From a virus, in the UHGV virus genome UHGV-1325350: 12,822 bases of DNA; one strand, written 5' to 3'. The translations under genes were made by a program, and so were the position numbers. Of this stretch, positions 1 to 6,001 are shown one piece after another. A model generated the notes under the pieces. The model did not search any database. It saw only the letters and a list, made by a program, of their open reading frames with translations, and was not told the origin of the DNA. Within the stretch, counting starts at the first letter, position 1; each line of letters starts with the position of its first letter.

Positions 1-1
1 C

Positions 2-595
2 GATCGGGCATACAGCATTGTGTGGGCAAGCATGACTAGTGGTGATTCACGCATATTGCTCACTTCAATTCCGTCACCAGAGGAAATAGGCTTTTTTTAT
101 GATTCACATCATGGACGTGCTTTAGCTGAAGATAATCCGAGTGGTGTATATAAAGCCATTAAGCTGAGTGCGGAGGATTCACCATTTATTACCCAAGAAT
201 ATCTTGATCATTTTGCCGAAAGGTATGGCGGGCGAAATAGTGATGACTATCGTCGTATGATTCTTGGTGAGTTCCCTGGTATTAGGGAGGCTGTTCTTGA
301 ATCAGATATGCCGAAGACAATGCGCTTTTCGATGCCTGATGGTAGTGAATGGACAATGCCATTACGAGTGATAGCCCGGCATCATGCGCAGCACCACGCC
401 AAAAAACATGGCGTCACGACATTAGAATGGTTGAAATCGCACACTATTCCACTCTTCACTGCAGATCACAATGCTATCGTTGAGTGGGCAAAAACAATTC
501 CGTGGGAGCATGTCGCTGAATATGCTCACATGCTAAAACCGCCGAAAGACAGGCACGAAATTAGCTGGCTGACAGCCGAAAAAATCATTGAATGA
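2..595 (+). CDS. 5'-truncated CDS (C-terminal about 198 codons in window); hypothetical phage protein, product not recognised
   Basis: Frame is open from window position 2 with no stop before the TGA ending at 595, so the gene most likely continues upstream of the window. Followed by a GC-rich hairpin plus T-run terminator at 603-634. Convergent with the minus-strand operon. No integrase R-H-R-Y motif seen. Confidence 0.55.
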   Translation, partial: DRAYSIVWASMTSGDSRILLTSIPSPEEIGFFYDSHHGRALAEDNPSGVYKAIKLSAEDSPFITQEYLDHFAERYGGRNSDDYRRMILGEFPGIREAVLESDMPKTMRFSMPDGSEWTMPLRVIARHHAQHHAKKHGVTTLEWLKSHTIPLFTADHNAIVEWAKTIPWEHVAEYAHMLKPPKDRHEISWLTAEKIIE

Positions 596-602
596 TATCA
601 AC

Positions 603-634
603 AAAAAGCCCGCCAGGTCTGGCGGGCTTCTTTA
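603..634. terminator. Bidirectional rho-independent terminator between convergent genes
   Basis: Stem GCCCGCC (608-614) / GGCGGGC (621-627) with 6-nt loop. Flanked by AAAAA on the left (U-run for the minus-strand transcript) and TTCTTTAT on the right (U-rich for the plus-strand transcript). Confidence 0.75.
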
Positions 635-640
635 TGCGCC

Positions 641-1030
641 TTAAATCACAGGTCTATAATCAAACTCCCCACTTCGGGCATCATTAATGACATGAGTGAT
701 CACACCAAACACAGCATTACTGCCCGTGCATCCATCGTCATCTACTGGTAACGCCTCTTTCTTCCCGGTGCTTAAATCCTCCAGGTGCTGGCGCGGATAC
801 TTCCTGTATCTCTTTATGCGATATTCACCCTCCATAGCGCATATAAGCAGTGAACCATCAACCGGAGTAAGTGAGGAATCAACCACCAGCAAAGCACCTT
901 GCAATATTCCCTCACGGTGATGGCTGTCTGCCGCCCGCATGAAGTAGGTCGCGGAAGGATGTCTGATTAGTTGCTGATCAAGAGAAATGCGGCTCTCTGC
1001 ATAATCCGCCGCAGGAGAAGGGAAGCCCAT
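641..1030 (-). CDS. umuD: UmuD'-like SOS mutagenesis protein (peptidase S24 fold), pre-processed form resembling phage P1 HumD
   Basis: 129 aa. Starts MGFPSPAADY, which corresponds to the first residues of cleaved UmuD' (UmuD cleaves at Cys24-Gly25 before GFPSPAADY). Retains the candidate Ser (AADSHH) and Lys (RIKRYRK) dyad positions and a C-terminal VFGVITHVI block matching UmuD VFGVVIHVV. ATG at 1028-1030 with GAGG Shine-Dalgarno. LexA box lies 19 bp upstream. Confidence 0.85.
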   Translation of the reverse strand: MGFPSPAADYAESRISLDQQLIRHPSATYFMRAADSHHREGILQGALLVVDSSLTPVDGSLLICAMEGEYRIKRYRKYPRQHLEDLSTGKKEALPVDDDGCTGSNAVFGVITHVINDARSGEFDYRPVI

Positions 1031-1048
1031 AGCGTTTTACCTCAATGA

Positions 1049-1068
1049 TACTGCTTATTCATACAGTA
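1049..1068. promoter_or_regulatory. LexA operator (SOS box) TACTGCTTATTCATACAGTA
   Basis: 20-bp site with the CTG-N10-CAG core and TACTG / CAGTA ends of the LexA consensus TACTGTATATATATACAGTA. Located immediately upstream of the UmuD'-like gene and overlapping its predicted -10. Confidence 0.8.
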
Positions 1069-1094
1069 TACATTGAAAAGGCATAGTTTGTGAA
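1065..1094 (-). promoter_or_regulatory. Predicted sigma70 promoter of the UmuD'-like gene (-35 TTCACA, 18-bp spacer, -10 TATACT on minus strand)
   Basis: Read on the minus strand: TTCACA (plus 1089-1094), 18 bp, TATACT (plus 1065-1070). The -10 overlaps the LexA box, as in classic SOS promoters. Confidence 0.5.
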
Positions 1095-1153
1095 AGCGGG
1101 GTTTGTAGGCGCGCCACGCTGGGGGCTAATCACATTTCTCCCCCATCTTGCCG

Positions 1154-1405
1154 TTATTTTTTTGGTGCATCCTCGTTCTGATACACCGGATCGCTCCCTT
1201 TTGGCAACTGGAGGCTTAACTGCCGGTAGTGCCGTAGCCGTTCCATGAAATAGGCGCGCAGATTCTCTGGTTGCTCGCGGGCTACCTGTTCAGCTATGAC
1301 AGGTATGTTCAATCGCTCTTTGTACGCCACACCGCTGGCAGCCAGATCAACGTTAACCTTATCCCGTTCTTCCTGACTTTTAGCTGCAATATTCCAGTCG
1401 CTCAT
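1154..1405 (-). CDS. Hypothetical small phage protein (83 aa)
   Basis: ATG start at 1403-1405, 2 nt after the stop of the upstream lipoprotein gene; TAA stop at 1154-1156. Hydrophilic and charged; no family recognised. Confidence 0.6.
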   Translation of the reverse strand: MSDWNIAAKSQEERDKVNVDLAASGVAYKERLNIPVIAEQVAREQPENLRAYFMERLRHYRQLSLQLPKGSDPVYQNEDAPKK

Positions 1406-1407
1406 AT

Positions 1408-1674
1408 TTAAGGCTCACATTTCCAGATGGTATTCTGAACACCAGAACCGGGCGCTAGATGAGGGTTAGCGTTCGCGCTATGCTGATATACTGCTTTAGA
1501 CTTCCCATATTGCTGACAGGCTTTATCTGCGGTTTTTTGCAGGCTATCCAGGCCATACCAACCATCTGACTGTATGCTTACCTTTTCACCGTCGTTGTAT
1601 TGCACCATTGCACACCCAGATATAGCCAGTATCGCGCCGACAATAACGCTTTTCCATAAAACTCTATGCAACAT
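1408..1674 (-). CDS. Putative lipoprotein (88 aa from ATG; ORF track begins at an upstream TTG at 1680)
   Basis: N-terminus [21 protein letters not shown] has a positively charged n-region, a hydrophobic core and lipobox L-A-I-S-G-C (SPase II type). Mature part about 67 aa with two further Cys. Start assigned to the ATG at 1672-1674. Confidence 0.65.
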   Translation of the reverse strand: MLHRVLWKSVIVGAILAISGCAMVQYNDGEKVSIQSDGWYGLDSLQKTADKACQQYGKSKAVYQHSANANPHLAPGSGVQNTIWKCEP

Positions 1675-1679
1675 ATACA

Positions 1680-1710
1680 AAAATCCCCTCTGTGAATTGA
1701 GGGGATTTTA
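1680..1710 (-). terminator. Intrinsic terminator hairpin after the 252-aa gene (probably bidirectional)
   Basis: AAAATCCCCTC (1680-1690) / GAGGGGATTTT (1699-1709) with 8-nt loop. On the minus-strand transcript the stem is followed by UUUUUGU. Sits 10 nt after the stop at 1720 and directly upstream of the lipoprotein start, so the stem also contains that gene's only SD-like element (GAGGGG). Confidence 0.7.
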
Positions 1711-1719
1711 GCATGGTGA

Positions 1720-2478
1720 TCAGATATCGGCTTTATTCGGAATTTTATCAGCCACCAGCGGCAATAAAGCCTTCGCCATTTCATGAACCAACATGGCATC
1801 AATGACGCCTAGCGTATGGCCCGGCTTAATCTTTAATGCGGCCTCAAGATAGCCTCTTTCCAGAGTGGTTTTTACGCTTTTCTTGGGCGATTGTTGGGAA
1901 CTATCCGGAAAATCCGGATGGTTGCCAGCCTCGTAAGCTACCCGCAGCCAGTGCATGAATGTTTCAGTGGACACACAACCACAGTCCACATCGATTTTCC
2001 CGCGTTGCTGTTCCAGCCATTGCCCAAAATCCAACCTGTAAGTCTTACTTTCAAGTTCATCACCATTGAACTCGACTTTCTGCGACGCTATGAGAGCTGA
2101 TTCGTATTGTTCGCGAGTGACAACTGACAGGTATTCATCGCTATCAAGGTCACCAATTGGAAGCTCAATCTCACAACAAAAATTGCGCCCAAAGAACGTG
2201 TCTTTTTTGTGGTCTGAGCCAAAAGCAAAAGTCGCGCATGGCGCCATTAAATTGGCACTGAGCAGGCGACAATCGATCATACCATCAGGCCACCCGCCGC
2301 ACTTAGGCAGCTCCTTCACTAACAAGTCGATAAGCTTCATTTTTTTATCATCTTTGCAAGCCGCCAAAGCCATTTGGGCAAGTGCCAATACTTCATCTGC
2401 CGTATATCCAGCACCGTGACCATACATTTCGATACGGGAAATAATATCTGAAATACGCTCTTTAGTGATTCTTGTCAT
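1720..2478 (-). CDS. Hypothetical Cys-rich phage protein (252 aa from ATG 2476-2478; longest ORF extends to 2496)
   Basis: The ATG at 2476-2478 overlaps the TGA of the upstream gene (ATGA coupling), as at many junctions in this operon. About 12 Cys including CC and CGC pairs. No family recognised. Followed by the terminator at 1680-1710. Confidence 0.65.
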   Translation of the reverse strand: MTRITKERISDIISRIEMYGHGAGYTADEVLALAQMALAACKDDKKMKLIDLLVKELPKCGGWPDGMIDCRLLSANLMAPCATFAFGSDHKKDTFFGRNFCCEIELPIGDLDSDEYLSVVTREQYESALIASQKVEFNGDELESKTYRLDFGQWLEQQRGKIDVDCGCVSTETFMHWLRVAYEAGNHPDFPDSSQQSPKKSVKTTLERGYLEAALKIKPGHTLGVIDAMLVHEMAKALLPLVADKIPNKADI

Positions 2479-2684
2479 AGTTTTATTTCCTTGCATGGTT
2501 CGCCTTTACGGCAAACAGCTACACGGTCATTTCTTACATTAACCACAGTCACCGTTCCGTCATCGCATTGAATAACGATGAAAGGGTGTTCATTCTCTTT
2601 TGTGCAATGTTGCTGTTCTCCAGCCATTGCAGCCGGAGGATCAAATAGCGCCAGAACAAATGCCAACCTTAAAAAATGCTTCAT
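2475..2684 (-). CDS. Small secreted Cys-rich protein (69 aa precursor, about 48 aa mature, 4 Cys)
   Basis: N-terminal signal peptide MKHFLRLAFVLALFDPPAAMA with A-M-A cleavage motif. Mature part has 4 cysteines, enough for two disulfides. ATG at 2682-2684 with AAGG Shine-Dalgarno formed by the last copy of the upstream direct repeat. Confidence 0.6.
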   Translation of the reverse strand: MKHFLRLAFVLALFDPPAAMAGEQQHCTKENEHPFIVIQCDDGTVTVVNVRNDRVAVCRKGEPCKEIKL

Positions 2685-2690
2685 TTGGCC

Positions 2691-2745
2691 TTATCCGTTA
2701 TCAAAATTGGAATATCCGTTATCACGAGCGTGATATCCGTTATGA
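2691..2745. repeat. Three direct repeats of TATCCGTTAT at 21-22 bp spacing (candidate iteron/regulator-binding array)
   Basis: TTATCCGTTATC (2691-2702), ATATCCGTTATC (2712-2723), ATATCCGTTATG (2734-2745). Lies in the 79-bp gap between the 58-aa membrane ORF and the secreted Cys-rich protein gene. Confidence 0.7.
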
Positions 2746-2763
2746 AGTGGGGAATAAGACCAC

Positions 2764-2940
2764 TTACCAATACCCTCCGCCTGACTCAAAGTTGGCGATA
2801 AGCCAGGCTGCGAAAAGAGTAACCCCGCTCCAAAAACCACACCCCACCGTACCCCATTTAACACCACCAGCTAATAAAATAAATAAACCGCAAAGGCATA
2901 CAAACAAAAAAGTAATCCAAAATTTCTTTCTGTTTTTCAT
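2764..2940 (-). CDS. Small membrane protein, 58 aa, two predicted TM helices (not in ORF track; below size cut-off)
   Basis: My translation of the minus strand: MKNRKKFWITFLFVCLCGLFILLAGGVKWGTVGCGFWSGVTLFAAWLIANFESGGGYW. Basic N-terminus then two hydrophobic segments. The ATG (2938-2940) overlaps the TAA of the upstream gene (TAATG coupling). TAA stop at 2764-2766. Confidence 0.45.
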   Translation of the reverse strand: MKNRKKFWITFLFVCLCGLFILLAGGVKWGTVGCGFWSGVTLFAAWLIANFESGGGYW

Positions 2941-3233
2941 TATGGTTGACTCCAGTTATCTTCAATAACAATACTTAACCTCTGAAGCCATTCTGCTAAT
3001 TTCAGCATGGCTTCTCTTTCGCTTAAACCACGCGGAAAATCATCAAGCGAAATTGTTGGCTTGAAGTTCCCCGAATTATCCATTTCAACGGTCAGATTTT
3101 GCTCCAGCACGGTATTCCTTACGCGGCTATTGTGCCGAAGCAAATATACTGAGCGTGATTTATTGGTTTTGTGGTCGAGCTGATATTCGGTAAGTATCAT
3201 CTGGCTTCCACCATGATTATTACCGCGCCACAT
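2940..3233 (-). CDS. Hypothetical phage protein (97 aa)
   Basis: ATG at 3231-3233 preceded by GGAG at 7-nt spacing. Alternative in-frame ATG at 3198-3200 (MILTEYQ...). No family recognised. Confidence 0.55.
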   Translation of the reverse strand: MWRGNNHGGSQMILTEYQLDHKTNKSRSVYLLRHNSRVRNTVLEQNLTVEMDNSGNFKPTISLDDFPRGLSEREAMLKLAEWLQRLSIVIEDNWSQP

Positions 3234-3245
3234 AATTACTCCGTG

Positions 3246-3650
3246 TTAATAAGAGAAATAGACCGTTGCAACACTGTTATATTGGTCGAACGAAATAGCA
3301 TTTACTTCATAGCTGGTGGGCAGCTTCTTACCAAGAATGTAGCCAGGCCATGAGTTCCACGGAATTTCTGTTCGGTCGTCGTCTTGCCACATTACGCAAC
3401 CAAGAGAGCCAACCATTTCACCATATCGCTTGCCACAAGTAACAAAGCCGATATTCGGCTTTTCTTGTGTTACTGATACCGTGGTGGTATTGGCAGATGC
3501 ATTGATTGCAGTACGTTGCTCATGCTCGCTGGCGGATGAGGCGCTAATTACAGCGGTTGCCGCAGCTCCCGCAGCAATAACCGGTGCATGAGATAAATGA
3601 CAGGCAGATAACATTGCCAGAAAAATAATATTTCTTTGAAATTTAGCCAT
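3246..3650 (-). CDS. Putative lipoprotein (134 aa)
   Basis: N-terminus MAKFQRNIIFLAMLSAC has an n-region, a hydrophobic core and lipobox L-S-A-C. Ala/Ser/Thr-rich linker after the Cys, then a globular region with two Cys. The ATG at 3648-3650 overlaps the end of the upstream gene by 8 nt. Confidence 0.65.
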   Translation of the reverse strand: MAKFQRNIIFLAMLSACHLSHAPVIAAGAAATAVISASSASEHEQRTAINASANTTTVSVTQEKPNIGFVTCGKRYGEMVGSLGCVMWQDDDRTEIPWNSWPGYILGKKLPTSYEVNAISFDQYNSVATVYFSY

Positions 3651-3924
3651 TGATATTAACCTTTATCGCAAATACCTTAACCGGATTCTCTCCAAAGTGC
3701 GGATGTGTAATTGTCTTTATTTCATACCCTTCATACGGGACGTCTATTCTGCGACTGGAATCGTCGCGCTTCGGATATCCCTTTGTGATAATCAGTCGGT
3801 CATATTCCCGGAACATGATTCGCTTATTCCAGTAGCCATTACACAAGCGATACTCTTCCGTTTTCTCTCCGCGAATCATGGCATCGAAGTATTCACCTTT
3901 GACGGCAAGTTGCAGGTTAGCCAT
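3643..3924 (-). CDS. ASCH domain protein (PUA-like fold), 93 aa from ATG 3922-3924 (longest ORF extends to 3945)
   Basis: Contains the ASCH signature GxKxxExR (IRGEKTEEYR) near the N-terminus. Internal ATG has a GGAGGTGAGG Shine-Dalgarno and overlaps the upstream TAA by 1 nt (TAATG). Confidence 0.6.
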   Translation of the reverse strand: MANLQLAVKGEYFDAMIRGEKTEEYRLCNGYWNKRIMFREYDRLIITKGYPKRDDSSRRIDVPYEGYEIKTITHPHFGENPVKVFAIKVNING

Positions 3925-4184
3925 TACCTCACCTCCAGTCTCCATACCGCCTGACCAATCCGGCTGGCATGGGTATCTTTAGATACTGTTCCGTCTTTAG
4001 CCAGCTCCATAAGAATTTTGCGCAAATCTGCCGAGCGCCATTCTTCATCAGGAAATTCCTTCTCCATTGCCAACCGCAGATTCCAGGTTGCTATCGTGAA
4101 TGGATATTCCCCGCCGAGAGCTTTCTCTTGCAGGGCCGCACGGGAACGTATCACCTGCAAAACCTTCTCTTTTACATCCATCAT
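3924..4184 (-). CDS. Hypothetical phage protein (86 aa from ATG 4182-4184; longest ORF extends to 4256)
   Basis: AGGAGG Shine-Dalgarno 4 nt upstream of tandem ATG codons. The first ATG overlaps the TGA of the DUF551 gene (ATGA). Confidence 0.6.
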   Translation of the reverse strand: MMDVKEKVLQVIRSRAALQEKALGGEYPFTIATWNLRLAMEKEFPDEEWRSADLRKILMELAKDGTVSKDTHASRIGQAVWRLEVR

Positions 4185-4948
4185 TTTGCCTCCTGCGGCG
4201 GTTCTGGTAGCGGCATCCAGTGTGATGGTATCCACGACGCACCAGGTATTACCCACCCATCATTAGCGTCAGGATGCCCCGGGATGTAAGTCGCCCATTT
4301 CATTCGCCAGTCACCTTTCCTGTCAAACTCCCTGGCAACAAGAACGGCTGTTTTGGTATCCGGCATTCGCTCACTACAGCTTATCCAACTATCCGGAATT
4401 ACCGGATAGTTGCGCATTGCGACCTTTAATGCCTCATAGAAGCAACCTTTCAGATTGTTGAACTGACGCCCATTTAGCGGGCCGTGTTCAGTCAGCATGT
4501 TGTGTAATTTCCATGCCGCGTCGTTTACTTCGTTGGATGACAGGGGAGGCAACTTGTAAGTTTGGCTTACAGGTTCGGCACCATGAAGCATGGCAGCACG
4601 GCAGGCGTTCCAGCCAGCTGTTCGCCCAAGCGAGTAAACTTCAGATGGCTCAAGATAATCAATGTCATGCCCGTCCTCATCGTCGTTCTCAGGTAATGCA
4701 GCAGGTACTACTGGTACTGGAGGGGCGGCATAAACAGGAATAACGTCCGCTTGCTCTTTATTGCTTTCATCCGTTAAAGCCCAGAATAATTTCCCGGCCG
4801 GATGTTTGAAAATATAAGCAACTGGATCTGCTTCCAGCGATGCCAGTGCAATTTCATAAGCACGGCGCTCAATATTGTCTCGAACGTCCAAGCTGCCTAT
4901 GCGCTCTTTGATTTCTTTAATCAGTTCTTTGTCGGTGAAAGTGGTCAT
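4181..4948 (-). CDS. DUF551 domain-containing phage protein (255 aa)
   Basis: C-terminal region WISCSERMPD...VLV...W...SHWMPLPEPP matches the remembered DUF551 signature (HWMPLPEPP-type ending). AGGAG Shine-Dalgarno at 7 nt. Pro/Ala-rich linker in the middle. Confidence 0.6.
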   Translation of the reverse strand: MTTFTDKELIKEIKERIGSLDVRDNIERRAYEIALASLEADPVAYIFKHPAGKLFWALTDESNKEQADVIPVYAAPPVPVVPAALPENDDEDGHDIDYLEPSEVYSLGRTAGWNACRAAMLHGAEPVSQTYKLPPLSSNEVNDAAWKLHNMLTEHGPLNGRQFNNLKGCFYEALKVAMRNYPVIPDSWISCSERMPDTKTAVLVAREFDRKGDWRMKWATYIPGHPDANDGWVIPGASWIPSHWMPLPEPPQEAK

Positions 4949-4949
4949 G

Positions 4950-5702
4950 TCACTCTCCTTTGATGCGAATGCCAGCGTCAGACATCATATGCAGATACTC
5001 AACTGCATCCTGAACCCATTGACCGCCAATCCCGTAATAGCGATGCGTAATGATGTCGATAGTTACTAACGGGTCTTGTTCGATTAACTTCCGCAGAAAC
5101 TCTTCCAGGTCACCAGTGCAGTGCTTGATGACAGGAGTTTTCCCAGGATGGCGAACAACAAGAAACTGATTTCCGACTTCACGGACTTCGTTGCTTTTCA
5201 GTTCTGCAATGCGCTTCTCTGAGGCTTCCAGCTTCTCTCGCATATCGTCAACGTACTCGACCAGAGAACCGCCAGCAGGAATTTCGCACTCCTCGACCAG
5301 TTGGAAGTAGATATCAGCTGCGGCCCGTGTGTTGCTATGCCTAGCGTCGCCCATCTCACCTTCACGAAGAGCATCGCGTTCGGCGGTAAGATTGGCTATT
5401 TTGCTGTCTTTGCCTTCCAGCTCAACGCGCAGCCTCCCAACCGTAAGCGCAATATCCTCGTTCTCCTGGTCGCGGCGTTTGATGTATTGCAGGTTTCTTT
5501 CCCGTTCATCCAGCAGCGTCAGCACGGTTTCTGGTCCGGTCAGAAATTTGAAGGCGTTGAGCGCATCAATATCCACACCATAATCTTTAAGTTCCTGTTC
5601 ACTTAACAAATCATCATCAGCTGGCAACATTAACAGGCGTTCCATTGCTGGAATTGCACGTTCCGCCGCCTCACGCAGTGCCTGGTAATTAATTTTGCTC
5701 AC
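4950..5702 (-). CDS. Ead/Ea22-like coiled-coil protein, paralog A (250 aa, GTG start)
   Basis: GTG at 5700-5702 with GGAGG at 7 nt. Central heptad-like segments RLRVELEGKD and KRIAELKSNE shared with the paralogs at 8276-8986 and 9306-10007. A 17-nt stretch (5199-5215) is identical to 8636-8652. Confidence 0.6.
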   Translation of the reverse strand: MSKINYQALREAAERAIPAMERLLMLPADDDLLSEQELKDYGVDIDALNAFKFLTGPETVLTLLDERERNLQYIKRRDQENEDIALTVGRLRVELEGKDSKIANLTAERDALREGEMGDARHSNTRAAADIYFQLVEECEIPAGGSLVEYVDDMREKLEASEKRIAELKSNEVREVGNQFLVVRHPGKTPVIKHCTGDLEEFLRKLIEQDPLVTIDIITHRYYGIGGQWVQDAVEYLHMMSDAGIRIKGE

Positions 5703-5988
5703 TGGTTGCCTCCGCTTTCCACGTTTTCAGACTTTCACCACAGAACGGGCAAAATGAAACCCGAATCGGCGATTTAGAAAACTCGCCTGACCGAAGCATG
5801 ATCAGATCTTGTGAATGAATTAATTCATGGTTATAGATTTTGTATTTCAGCAGACCTTTTCGCGTCGTGTATTCAGCATCCTGCTCCAGAGATTGTGCCA
5901 GCGCCGCGCACGGTTCTATTTTTCTGTCATTAATCAAACAAGTGGAGATTCTGCACTTTGCAGCTCCGTCACCGTTACCTTGACTCAT
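5689..5988 (-). CDS. Small putative zinc-ribbon protein (99 aa)
   Basis: Cys pairs C-x4-C (CRISTC) and C-x2-C (CPFCGE). ATG at 5986-5988. Confidence 0.5.
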   Translation of the reverse strand: MSQGNGDGAAKCRISTCLINDRKIEPCAALAQSLEQDAEYTTRKGLLKYKIYNHELIHSQDLIMLRSGEFSKSPIRVSFCPFCGESLKTWKAEATSEQN

Positions 5989-6001
5989 TGCGTTGTTTCC
6001 A

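Noticed and set aside
20-595. Tyrosine integrase C-terminal domain at the left edge
   Set aside because: No R...H-x-x-R...Y catalytic motif pattern in the translated C-terminus.
1578-1802. Minus-strand 74-aa ORF crossing the terminator hairpin
   Set aside because: It spans the intrinsic terminator and the start of the lipoprotein gene in another frame, with a Trp/Arg/Cys-rich improbable sequence.
2691-2745. Possible CRISPR array
   Set aside because: Only three units of about 11 bp with 10-11 bp spacers, far shorter than CRISPR repeats and spacers; interpreted as protein-binding direct repeats instead.
2600-2968. Plus-strand 122-aa ORF spanning the direct-repeat region and the antisense of the 58-aa membrane ORF
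   Set aside because: Low-complexity, Pro/Lys/Thr-rich translation, no Shine-Dalgarno, and it runs antisense to a coupled minus-strand gene; likely a shadow ORF.
4018-4289. Plus-strand ORFs 3969-4289 and 4018-4266 and minus ORF 4048-4242
   Set aside because: They overlap well-supported coupled minus-strand genes (3924-4184, 4181-4948) and lack start contexts.
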